DNA of 64,000 nt from Minutocellus sp. GHC0000111 (Eukaryota), in contig OZ361260.1 of the NCBI GenBank assembly GCA_977018835.1, positions 4,030,001 through 4,094,000 on the forward strand, given 5' to 3'. The notes below the pieces were generated by a model that did not search any database, was not told the origin of the DNA, and worked only from the letters and a program-made list of their open reading frames with translations. Positions 1-11,200 of the stretch are shown here, one piece after another. A program made the translations under genes and the position numbers. Every line of letters starts with the position of its first letter. The stretch's first letter is position 1.

Positions 1-761
1 GCGGAATGGATACAGAAAGTAGAGCGCTGGCAGTGCGACGCTTCCAGAATGACGATCGATGTCGAATTTTTATCGGATCTATAGGAGCGGCCGGTGTTGG
101 CGTCACTCTCACAGCTGCCAGCCACGTCGTGTTTCTTGAGTTGGATTGGTCGCCGGCGGTCATGGCTCAGGCGGAAGATCGCTGCCATCGCGTTGGCCAA
201 AAAGACTCGGTTCTTTGCCAATATTATGTGTTTCGGGATACTATCGACGAATGGATTGCAAAAACGATTATAAAAAAGGATGTTGTGGCAACGATGGCGT
301 TGCCGACGGACCGAGATACTACAGGAGAGATCGGTGGAGTGACTGATGATGAAAGCGAAGGATCAAATGCATATGTCTTTGATTTCGGAAAACACAAAGG
401 GGTTCGAATAGAGGACGTGCCAGAAAGCTATTTGATGTGGTTAGTTACGAATGAATCGATCTGGAAGAAGAGATCCGACCTCTGGCGAGCCCTAGCCCGC
501 AATGGGCTTATACGAGACGAACCACCTCCAACGGATGCTGGCCGGGAAGCCAAGCGGCCAACTTATGTCGAATCCAATGACGCACCACAAAAATTTCCAG
601 GGAATGTGGACTACGTCTTCAATTTTGGAAAGCATAGATCGGAGCAATGGGAAGACGTGCCAATTTCGTATAGAGACTGGGTGGTGAAAAACGAAGTATG
701 GAAGAATCGGCCAGATCTCAAGGAAGCACTGCAATCTGCTGGGGTAATAGAAGTAGATTAG
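1..761 (+). CDS. 3' part of SNF2-family helicase (SMARCAL1/ZRANB3-like HELICc) with two C-terminal DUF3820-like repeats; begins upstream of window
   Basis: SF2 C-terminal motifs SIGAAGVGVTLTAASHVVF, LDWSP, QAEDRCHRVGQ; two repeats FDFGKHKG..IEDVPESYLMW and FNFGKHRS..WEDVPISYRDW. Confidence 0.85.
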   Translation, partial: GMDTESRALAVRRFQNDDRCRIFIGSIGAAGVGVTLTAASHVVFLELDWSPAVMAQAEDRCHRVGQKDSVLCQYYVFRDTIDEWIAKTIIKKDVVATMALPTDRDTTGEIGGVTDDESEGSNAYVFDFGKHKGVRIEDVPESYLMWLVTNESIWKKRSDLWRALARNGLIRDEPPPTDAGREAKRPTYVESNDAPQKFPGNVDYVFNFGKHRSEQWEDVPISYRDWVVKNEVWKNRPDLKEALQSAGVIEVD

Positions 762-869
762 GAGTACAAGTTAAGTAACGCGCGGCTAATGGAAGAATAT
801 TGAGATTGTATTTATGTATTAAAAATTATATGGAGCTCATGATGAGGAATTGGCACGTTATTTCCTGAT

Positions 870-2318
870 CTAGTGCGTAATGTACCAATTATCACCGCAC
901 GGTATGCCGAATGCTTGGATGGTAACCCGTGCATCCTTCATGCCATGCTTCCATTCGTGGTAGGGAAATGGTCGGATGGCATGCAACACGCTCACTTCAA
1001 AGCTATAGACGTTGCCCACCTTGTAATCCACCTCCATCCTTGTTCCATTCTTGTACCAATAGTACAATCCAGCGCCCGGCGGCTCCGTCAGCGGTATCAA
1101 GAACGTTCGTTGACGAGCCTTGTCGCATTTGTTGCCATCAATTTCTTCCATCTGATACAGATACGAATCAGTGTGAGGATTGTTGAACCAGTGCCAAAAC
1201 AACGAGGGAAATACAACCTTGACCGCCGGGAAGCCCATATTCTCCATCTTGGACAAGGCGCCCATATCGCCAAGGACGATGGTTTCCGGATCGACGTTGA
1301 GAACTCGCGAATAAATGTTCGTCAAACTCGTTCCGAATTCCTCCTTGAACGTGTCCGATACTTTCTTCCTCTTTTCCGGAAAGTTGAGACGGAAATCACT
1401 TTCACCCCACGCATCACGATAGCTGGACTGGCGGAATCCTCTCCGAAGCGAATAGGAGCCATCCTGAGGCCATCGCTGATCGTGATTGAAGTTCTTCCCA
1501 AAGACAAAGTATCCCAACGCTCGGCCGTGCGACACCTTGACCCAATCCTGTCGGTTCTCCCACACAAAGTCCAACAGTGGGCCGGATTCCAGTGCCGCGG
1601 CACCGACATCCTCCTGCATGCTGGGGTTCAGATTGATCACCTGATTGGGTATCATTTCGACCGGATACGAGGAGTACAGCGGTTTGATCTGTTCGGGAAT
1701 GTACGGCATGAGCACCGCCAATGCCAGAAATACCACCACAGCCGCCGTCGGTTTGCGCCACACCGGCACGCACATGATGGCAAGCAGCGCCGTCTGAATC
1801 GCAAAGCAACGCTTGGCCTGGGCGGGCATCGGCACCGGCCCTGGCATGACGTAGTGCGGAATTTTGACGGCCAATGCCGGCAGAGCAATGATGCCAAGTT
1901 CCGTCCATCCCAAGACCAGAAACAGAAAGGGCAGGGAACCCACCAAGGCACAGGCCAAAGCCAGTTCGGAACGGACAAATCCAATCAGTGGAACAGGATA
2001 CCACGTCTCCCGTCCCGCGGCCGAAATGCCGCTGAGGTAGGACCGGATGAGAAGCAGTGTCGATACAACGAAATAAATTCGCAATGCGGTTCGCTTTTCA
2101 TCCGAGAGGGTAAAGATGGATCGGATCGAAAATTTCTTTTTGGAGAAAGACGAAGTCTTCTTGTCGGACTTGTGACATACATTGACCGAAGGAGAGGGTG
2201 GCTCCGCATGTCCATTTCCATTGCTGGCTTGGTGGTTGTCATCATACTGTGCCATGCCCCCTTCCATCCGGCTGCTGGGATCTTGACTTCGCCCTCGGGT
2301 TCGTCGTCTCATGCTCAT
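870..2318 (-). CDS. Membrane protein with putative C-terminal 2OG-Fe(II) oxygenase-like domain
   Basis: 482-aa ORF; several hydrophobic helices in the N-half; HxD (PHTD) ... H (VLHAI) ... R (RVTIQAF) spacing typical of double-stranded beta-helix dioxygenases. Confidence 0.55.
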   Translation of the reverse strand: MSMRRRTRGRSQDPSSRMEGGMAQYDDNHQASNGNGHAEPPSPSVNVCHKSDKKTSSFSKKKFSIRSIFTLSDEKRTALRIYFVVSTLLLIRSYLSGISAAGRETWYPVPLIGFVRSELALACALVGSLPFLFLVLGWTELGIIALPALAVKIPHYVMPGPVPMPAQAKRCFAIQTALLAIMCVPVWRKPTAAVVVFLALAVLMPYIPEQIKPLYSSYPVEMIPNQVINLNPSMQEDVGAAALESGPLLDFVWENRQDWVKVSHGRALGYFVFGKNFNHDQRWPQDGSYSLRRGFRQSSYRDAWGESDFRLNFPEKRKKVSDTFKEEFGTSLTNIYSRVLNVDPETIVLGDMGALSKMENMGFPAVKVVFPSLFWHWFNNPHTDSYLYQMEEIDGNKCDKARQRTFLIPLTEPPGAGLYYWYKNGTRMEVDYKVGNVYSFEVSVLHAIRPFPYHEWKHGMKDARVTIQAFGIPCGDNWYITH

Positions 2319-2531
2319 TATTGTTTGGTAGTGCTGATTATTCGTGCCACGAAAGATACGCGCCTTCTACTGCAACCCGGTGAAATGCGGTGGGTCTACC
2401 GGACTAAACTGCCAACCAAGGCGACGATCGAGATGTGGGTATCGGCATCTACTCGCCCTTGCGCCATTGGACAGTTGTTTTGCACTGGTTTTGGGCTCGG
2501 ATTTTGGCCAGCGATGCCAGCGATCCTTCAA

Positions 2532-2555
2532 GGTTAGGGTTAGGGTTAGGGTTAG
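2532..2555 (+). repeat. Interstitial telomere-like repeat (TTAGGG)x3-4
   Basis: GGTTAGGGTTAGGGTTAGGGTTAG in the divergent promoter between the 870-2318 gene and eIF3e. Confidence 0.9.
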
Positions 2556-2729
2556 CGAGTTTTCAGATTGGACCCATAACCTAATGGATCTCAAGCGACG
2601 GAGCGGCGCCACCATGAGCTCATCATTTGCCGCCGCTGCTGTTCGCTGCCGCTGCCCCCGCCTCCCAAGAGCATATTGCACATAAAATACTGCTCAGCTC
2701 CACACGCCAAACATTCATTCCCCAAGTAG

Positions 2730-4534
2730 ATGACCGGCGTCGACTCCTCGTACGAATTCGTCACCATGTCCGAAACCAGCACGGCCAACGACCCGGCCCA
2801 GGCCGCCTCGTGGGACCTTACGTCGCAAATTTCCCCCCACCTCGACCTGCACATGATGTTCCCGCTGTTGGAGTACGTCGATTCGCTCATTACCGCCGGC
2901 CTCGTTCCTTACACGCACAGTGACGTCGCCGCCTCTCGTCTGGCCCTGCTGCGACCGACTCACATGGTCGACTACGCCATGGACATCTACCGCGAGCTGC
3001 ACGGTGCCGATGCCGAAATTCCCAAGGAGATGGAAACGCAGAAGGAGGAGGTGTTCAAGAATTTGGAATCGTTGAGGGACGGGTGTGTCAAGTTTGACGA
3101 GCTGTGCCGCGACGAGGCCGAGAAGGTGAGATCTTGACCAGGCTGCTTGGGTGATGGAACACATGCATACTTCAAGATGCTTTCGCGGGTTACCGCCTCG
3201 TCTGCTGCGGGCGAACGCTTTCCTCTATGCAGCACCTTCACATACATCATATCCATCTCGTTCTCACAATATCAATCCTCATATTCTTATTTCATTCCCT
3301 CTTATCCTTTCAGAACAAGCTCATTGCCGCCGGTCAGTGGAACGTCCAGTCTCTGTCGGAATCCAAGGGCATTACCGCCGAGACCATCGAAACCTACCGC
3401 AAGCTGGCCAAGTTCAATTACGACTGTGGCGATTATCAGTCCGCCAGGGACATGCTGGAGAACTATCTCTCCCTCCACGCGAGCCCGCCCAAGCCGGAGG
3501 CCGATGACGACGAGGACGACGTCGACGACCGCCGTTCGTCCAAGAAGGAGGACAAGGCCGACGAGACCGTCGGCGATAAGTCCATGTACTACCTGACCAA
3601 GGTCGATCCCGACCTCCTTCAGATTCTTTGGGGCCGACTGTCGTGCGAGATCCTCGTGGAGAACTGGGAGGCTGCCACGGTGGCCCTCACGGCGTGCAAA
3701 AACGCCATCGAACGTCTGGCGGCAACCAACAAGCTCACGCCCCTCGAAGCGCTCAAGCAGCGAACGTGGTTGATGCACTGGTCCCTCTTCGTCAAGTGGA
3801 ACACCGGCGGATCGAAGGGATTGGAGTCCATGGTCGAGCTGTTCTTCACCGAGCGCTACCTCCAGGCCATCACCACCGTCGCACCGCATCTGCTCCGATA
3901 TTTGACCGCCGCCGTCCTGCTCGTGAAGCGTCGTGTGGCCAAGCAGTCCGACTACTCCCGGGGATCCAACAACACCGGCCTCGATTCCAGACGGCTCCTC
4001 AAGGACCTCATCCGCACCATGCAGCACTGCGACTACACCGACCCAATCGTCGAGTTTGTTGACTGTCTCTGCGTCAAGTTCGACTTTGACGGCGCTCAGG
4101 AGAAGCTGGCCGAATGCCGCCACCTCCTCGAGACCGACTTCTTCCTGTGCAAGCAGACCGCCCTGTTCATGGAGGAGGCCCGCGTCTTCGTCTTTGAGAA
4201 CTACTGCCGCATCCACAACAAGGTCGATCTGTCCACCCTCGGCCAGAAGCTGGCCATGGACGAGCAGGCCGCCGAGCGATGGATCGTCGACCTCATCCGC
4301 AACGCCAGCCTCGATGCCAAGATCGACACCGAGGAGCGCTGCGTCGTCATGGGCACCGACGTTCGCAGCACGTACGAGCGGGTGATTGACAAGACGAGAG
4401 ATTTGAACGTACGATCGGGAACGCTCGTGCAGAACATGACCAATGTGCTCAACGACAGTCGCAAGGAGAAGGCCCGAAGAGCAAGGGCCGCCCTTGAGGA
4501 AGAGCAAAAAGGAAATATGATATCTTGTCTTTGA
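2730..4534 (+). CDS. eIF3e: Translation initiation factor 3 subunit E (INT6); exons 2730-3125 and 3314-4534
   Basis: HLDLHMMFPLLEY, LLRPTHMVDYAMD, QRTWLMHWSLF and PCI domain FENYCRIH..AERWIVDLIRNA; phase-0 intron GTGAG(3126)...TTTCAG(3313) joins the two ORFs in frame. Confidence 0.95.
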
Positions 4535-4774
4535 TGTCGGGACTTGCTGTAGCTAGTACGTAGCAATAAGCAATTAGCTACACATTGCCTCTTACCGGTA
4601 CATACCAAGTACTAGTTTTATCGCAAACAAACACGTATTCATGTTATGGTACACAAGTTCTCTGCGTCTTACATTGGTACAATGCAATAGTTCTATGCTT
4701 GTTGCACAAAATTGTCTCAGGGATCGGCTTGAAATGCATATTCTCTATTATCTCTATGCGCCATCACATTCGTT

Positions 4775-5663
4775 TTACATATCATCGGATGAGACCTGAT
4801 TGTAATATCGGTTGAACAAACGCTTCGCTGCCTGACGAGCAAAGGGGATATAACTCAAACAGTACCATGCAATCGCCACATACTGGATCAGCATTAGCAC
4901 CACCAACACAATTCCCTGACCTGTCATACCCTCGGCGGCAAAGGCCACCAACAACGTGAGTGCCAACGACCCCAGATACAAACTCGTGGCTATACGCCTG
5001 CTTTCGTGAAACATCTTCTTGGCTTGATTCGTCGGTCCAGTAAAAAAAACTACCACACAACGAAATGATATTACCAATTGTGGAATTAATCACAAACGGT
5101 CCGGGATTGCCCATCATGGCCTCGGTAAGACGGAAGAATCCTCCGAGGGACAGCGTATAACCGATGGCCATGCACGCCAAACATCCAATCACCCGCTGCT
5201 TCCAACTCAATGCCGGCAGGTAGTTGTCGCTGACCTGCTCCAACCGGCTCTTCTCGCGCTGCGGCTGCGGTCGGCCGGGCAGACTCTCCACGTCGATGCT
5301 GATGCTTTCCCGTACCGAGGCACCGGCCGTGCTGACCGAATCGCGCAGCCCCTTGGTGGACTTGCCCATGGACTCGCGGGTGGAGGCCGACTTTTCGCTG
5401 ATGGTGGCGCTGACCTGGCTGAGCTCGGAGCCCACCCGGTCGCCGAGGGCGACGACGCTGTCCTTGAGCTGGGAGTCGGCAATTTTGTCCCGTAGGCCGG
5501 ACGAGGCATCCTTGAGTTTGTCAAACATTTTGCTGGCACCGCCACCGAGGACAAGACCGGGGGCTGCTGCGGGACCTGAGGAGGTGGAGGGGGCGAGGAG
5601 GGGCGACTCGAAGGCGTCTTGGGTGGGCTGGTCGTATGTGTCGTCGTTGAAGTCAAACGGCAT
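4775..5663 (-). CDS. SFT2/Got1-family vesicle transport protein (frameshift at A8 run 5042-5049)
   Basis: LSWKQRVIGC..GNIISLCGSFF joins TGPTNQAKKMF..RRIAT..WYCLSYIPFAR in another frame, the SFT2 signature; start codon approximate. Confidence 0.85.
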
Positions 5664-6157
5664 GTGAAGACGAGAGTGAAGCTGCACGAGACAAGGGGTA
5701 GTAGGCAAGCGGCTGAGCAGGGGGCCGGCTTTTCAATATTATACAATGACAGGCACGCAAAGACACGTCCAATTGGAAAAGTGGGTAGGTGTAGTGTTTG
5801 AATGCGATGCAATAATAGAGATGCGCAGAGACACGACCAATTTAGTTGCTCATCGCTGTGAGCATGAGCATGAGTTCATGGCATGGAGCATGGAGCATGA
5901 TGCGAGCGAGCGAGCGAGCAGGAACCAAAGAAACCCGGAGAGTGAGGAGCTGACGGAGCTGCTGTGTGATGGTGACCTCTGATGAACTTCCAGCATTGCC
6001 AGCCACCCGAGGCAGTCCAGCAAACTGACTGTACCAACAGCATTGCAGCATACGTGTAGGGTGTTGCAAATTCAGCCCTCAGCTGATTTAATTAATTGTT
6101 GCTGAAGGAAGAGCCAGATCTTTCTCGCTCTTGAACTGCATTCCAGCAGATGCATGT

Positions 6158-6607
6158 ATGAGGTCAACAGCACGCCAACTCCTCGTGCCAGCACTGCTGC
6201 TTTGCTCGTCCAATTGTTGTCAACATGCGGCAGCCTTTTCTACTCGGAATCACGCCAACGTGTGCCACAGTCTGGCGCACATCACCGCCTTCCCAAGGCG
6301 GAGGTATCCTATATCGGCCTGGAGCTCAAATGCTGATGATACGAACGAATCATCATCAGATGAACCATGTAACGGACTCACAGAGGAGATGGAGCGATTG
6401 CAACAGCAACTGACATATATCGAGGCTCTGGAGGAACGCAACAAGGCGCAGCTGGATTCGTTCGTAGATGAGAAGGATCAGTGGGACAGCATGGAGGAGG
6501 AAGAACGGCAATTGTTGCAAAGTAAGGGCGATATTGAAAAGCGTTTGGAGCAAATGACCTCGGAGCTGGTCAATATGTGGATGGGTGGCAAGTCGATGGA
6601 GGGATGA
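6158..6607 (+). CDS. Small acidic coiled-coil protein, probably plastid-targeted
   Basis: Signal-like N-terminus ending AAAF; E/Q-rich heptad C-terminus. Confidence 0.7.
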   Translation: MRSTARQLLVPALLLCSSNCCQHAAAFSTRNHANVCHSLAHITAFPRRRYPISAWSSNADDTNESSSDEPCNGLTEEMERLQQQLTYIEALEERNKAQLDSFVDEKDQWDSMEEEERQLLQSKGDIEKRLEQMTSELVNMWMGGKSMEG

Positions 6608-6843
6608 TGTAATTCTTATCTCAATAATCAAATGGGCAATTAAATGGTGGATTCCGGAGAATTGACTTTAGCAATATGAAACAATGCTACGATGTAGGAC
6701 TTTGTATACTGTATGTAGATTACCACTGTATGACATCAGAACAATATGATAAATCAACCCCAATTGATTGACGAGTACATAGACTCTATGTAGTCGAAAA
6801 AGGAACATGTTGCCAGACCTGCACCTTTTTATCTGCCGACGAA

Positions 6844-8363
6844 TCACTTTTCGTTCCAAATAAGCAAAATGACAGCTGGATCCTCGCGAAGAAGACAATA
6901 CGAGGTTTCGAGCCTGCCGAGAACGACTTCTTCGTCATCGCTGCATCCTGTCCGGGTCCGGTTGGGCTTTTCTTCGCCTGCGCTCATGAAGGGTAGAAGG
7001 CGAGTGAGTGGATCTGCAATTCGCAACATTTCTGGCTTGGATCTCACCAGCTCTTTTACGCCATAGTCCCAGGTCATGTAGTTAGATAGTGCAATGTGGA
7101 TAGGAAGGCGACCGGCACAATTGAACTTGAGGGACGATTCCCTGTCCGCATTGATGAGGCACTGGAACAAATGGCACCAGCTAGTACCGTAGAGCTCCTT
7201 ATGCCGATTACCAAACCAACAATCAAGCCCTGCCGCGACATGCAAAGGGATGTTGCCTCGTTTGTCGGCGTGCTGTAGCTGCTTCGCATCTTGCTCGACG
7301 AGGGCTGACACAATCAATATAACAGTGACATGATCTACAAAAACATCGAATCCCATGTCCTGGCTGGTTCCTCCCTTGAGTTCCCGCCATCTAGTCATAT
7401 ACTGGGCTGCCCAAACGGCTGCAAATAGCATAGACGGCGCTTCAATGCCAGTCCAAGCATCATGCATTTTCGAAGCAGCTTGCAAAAGTAGCTCCTTCGT
7501 GACTTCAAGATTCTTCTGCGATGGTTTGTACTCCTGAAATTCTTCAAGCTCTCGCAAAATATCAACGATGTTGTGCAGGAGGTAGTATTGGGCATCAGAT
7601 CTAGAACAAAGCATGTCCTTAGTGCCTCCTGAAGCAAGAATGTAGCGCATAATTTCAATACGATCAATGAAATTATTGAGCCCCCATGGCGTAATCGCCC
7701 AACTTGCCGCAATGCTAAATATAGTATTGCTTCTGTCGGAATTGGTATACTCAAGAACAGACTTCATTCCTGTCTGTCTCTCTTGATCACCAGCAGCCAC
7801 AATCGCCTTGATTGCCGACAAGGGTGCGCCTCCTTCACCAACCGCATAGCAGAGCGAGATAGAACCACCCGCGTCTTTTAGGCGAGCAACCTCGGGGGCC
7901 AGTCTGAGAACGGCTGAAAACAAATCATCAGGGACAAAGTCCGCTTTTCTACAAAGGAATCCAAAAAATGAGATGCCTTGCAGTCAGAACCAGTGTACTT
8001 CAGCACTATATCAGCTCGCTGCATGTCGGTTGAATGACAAAGCGCAACTTCTCTGGCAAGAACGGGATTTCTATGAGCAAGTCGGAGGTATTTGGACTCC
8101 ACACCGGGCATTGCATCAGAGAGCGTGCCGAGTTCGTTGAAATCCCCATCAATGCTGTAGGTTTTGGCAAAGTCACACAGGATGGCAACGGGATCACCCT
8201 CAGCACAGAGCCGGTCAAAGCGAAGCAAAGAGCCGGTCCGGAAAAGTGGGTCATTGATGACCATGAAACTATCACGCAGCTCAGCACCAGTATCCCCATT
8301 TGCCGCCCGCTCCTTCGATTGAGTTTCCCCCATGTTTATTCTGCTTGCCTTGAAATTATTCAC
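6844..8363 (-). CDS. Ankyrin-like repeat protein of diatom-type family (frameshift near 7947)
   Basis: GNIPLHVAA, GRLPIHIAL, DPLTRLLPFMSA..YCLLREDP motifs; ORFs 7878-8363 and 6844-7923 join if one A is added in a homopolymer. Confidence 0.7.
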
Positions 8364-9280
8364 GCTTCGTTGGCGTCACCGGCCCACAATGCCCCGTCAC
8401 CAAACGCAACGAAGAAGATACTACGAATGCCTCAAAGCCGCCGGCGTTCACCTCTATGCACCCTTCCGCTGGGAGCGAAGCTCCTGCGCCTCCGGCTTCC
8501 ACCTTCTGCGTCATGTACGAGGTCGCGGACAGCAGTTTCAGGGACCCGGTTTTCGGGTCTTTGGGCAAAATCTCATAAAAATCAGCACAAACGCACGCAG
8601 CAAGCAGCATTTGTTTGCCATCGTCCTGTCTTCAAGATGGCGGTGACGGCAGTGCCGACGGCATCCGCTTCACGCAAGGGACAAGCGTGGTATCTCCAGA
8701 ACGGTTTGGTCCTTGACCTTGGACCGACTCGGAGATATCGATTTCATCTTCCCATGCCAGCGTCTGGCCGATTCACCCCATCCATCGCCCCTCCCGACTT
8801 CTGCCAGTTTTCCGATGACAACCGGTCACCTCCTCCACCTCCCGACCCCACCACCACCTCCCAAATGCATTGATTCAAGTAACCATATGGTTTGAGCTCC
8901 GATATCGGTCTCCATGGTCCCCATAATGGCGCATCTTATGCGGTCCGGGTGACCCCGCGCCAAAATCGAGCGGGCCAAAAAAATCATCACCCGCCCGGCG
9001 CGCCCGCCACTCAATGAAACCTTCCTCATTTCCAACCCACCCGACATGCAAACTGTTGCTCTACTGCCACAAAATACTGCATCCAACACCATATTAATGC
9101 AAATGGCTGTTGCTACTGCTGCCACCGCAGCTGATGCGCCAGCATGTCGCCGCTCCCGTCGGTCCGGCAGCTCCATCCCAGCCCATGCTTTGATCATTTT
9201 GTCCATCGGAGCGGCACCATCGATGCCTCTACGATTCGTGGCAAGTCTCCTGGGATGATCCAGACCATAGCGAACCGGGC

Positions 9281-11105
9281 ATGGGCGGGCCTCTCACTTC
9301 AGAAACAGCAGGACATCATGGAGCAAGCCCGAGAGGAGGAGCTGTGTGCTGTCCGAGCCAGACCGGTCCTGATCCGGCACAAGATGTGCCGATTTCTCAA
9401 ATTCAAATTGCTCGGCGCAATTCGTCATCCAACAACGCCGATGCCAGCCCTGAGCCGACGGTCGAGGACAATGCTGGTGTCGCTGCTCGTCCTGGTGATG
9501 ACAGTGTCGAAGCTGGGGGCATCGCCGAGTCCATGGTGGTGGTGGATGGAAGCGGCAACAGTGAAGAATCTGGCAATCCTGCCAGTGTCGGTGTTTCTGC
9601 TGCCGGCACCGCCAACTCTGGTGGATCGACCGAGGAGAATTTGGATGTGCTGCTGGTTGAGGCCGAAGCGCAATGCAAAGCTGCAGAGGAGGCTTTGAAA
9701 GGGCTAAGGGACACCTTGAAACGAGAAAAGCGGAAGGATGAAAAGGCCATGGCCGATGCCGAGAAGAAAAGGAACAAAATGAAGGAGGCGATGCGTCATT
9801 TGGAGCAGAGGGTGCAATTGCGTGAACATCTTCGGTCGCACAGGATGCCGACGGATGCACCACACCCGAACGCAAGAAAGCAATGAGAATGGAAGACAAC
9901 ATGCGACCTGCCATCAGTGCTGGGGAACATGTCCTTGTGTCTGCCGACTTCAGTCCCAACATGAATCGGCCTGAGGGTAAGGGATTTGTTATGGTCAGTC
10001 GAGGTGTCGGTGGAGGTGCTCTTTGCGATGTCCAGCATGAGAAGCCTTTTGGTGGCATGATGCATGAGAATGTGCCTCTCAAGGCCATCACCCCGATCCC
10101 ACTCGGCCTCAATACCGATTCAATTGCCAAGGACAGGCGCAAACGGACGGCAATTTACCGAATGGAAAGAAGCGAGTTCTCCTCGTGCATTGCGATGAGA
10201 AATGGTTCTGGGGTCTCGTCCTCCGAGCTTTTGCGAAGGCTTGCGAGGAAATCGGCGTGAAAAAGCGAGATTACGCGGCCTTTCACAGGAGCCACATCAA
10301 CAAGGTCATGGCCATTGCATTTGTTGCCGCTGTCTTTGACGGTTCTCTTGAGAGTGGGTGCGAGGTTGTAAAACTGCCACTGGTACGAGCTCAAGCTCCT
10401 AAAATAGCCGAGCGAGCTCAGTGCAAAGCAGCATCACAGCCTGATGGTTCAATGCGGCACCCAAATGCCAACCCCGATGGGACACCAAAGGAACCTCTTC
10501 GCCGGAAAGGAGAGTCGTTTCTTGTTGATTGTTGCGTTACTGGATCGAACGAAGGCACCAAAAAGGATCCGAAATGCTCTTTGCTCCTCGTATTCAAGGA
10601 GACTATTTTCCCAGCGATTCTCAACCTTGTCGGTCCGGGCAAGCAATACGAAGATTGCCATGTTATTATCCAGGGCGACCAGGCCGGGCCTCACGAGGAC
10701 GGAACCTTCACGCAATTTGTTACTAACTTCTGTGCTGAGCAAGGCTGGACGTGGCAGCCACAGGCACCGCAGATGCCTCACGCCAACGTCCTTGACTTGA
10801 GCGTGTTCCCCGCGATGAGCCGGCGGCACTCGGAATGGGCACGAAAAATGGTAGGCACCTCCGTCATTTCCACCGACCAGATCTGGGACACTGCCGAGGA
10901 CGTTTACGATAGCATGCCTAACTGCAAAATTGCTTCGGCCTTCATTCAGTACTGGAGGATAATGGGCCTGGTGATTAAGGCCGGTGGTAGCAATGAGTTT
11001 GTTGGAAGGTTGGGTGACGAAAACTTGCACACTGGAATTAGGATCGACTTCAACGAAACGGCCAAGGGGATGGAGCCCTCAGCTCGTCATCCTTCTAAAA
11101 AATAG
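9281..11105 (+). pseudogene. Disrupted mariner-type transposase; catalytic DD38D domain in 10185-11105, N-terminal fragments in 9281-9886 and 9883-~10150
   Basis: HCDEKWF, IIQGDQAGPH and QAPQMPHANVLDLSVF match the plant/oomycete mariner motifs DEKWF / IQQDNA / QPPNSPDxNxLD; 38 residues between the 2nd and 3rd Asp; reading frame broken upstream. Confidence 0.85.
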
Positions 11106-11200
11106 ATAGTATTAATATCTTTACACATGTATTAAATAAATGTTACACGTCTACAAATTATTTATAGATCTACATGTAAGATGCAGCAGCATTGGTTTGT

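Noticed and set aside
5859..5920. GAGCAT/GAGC short tandem repeats
   Set aside because: Low-complexity intergenic microsatellite with no further structure
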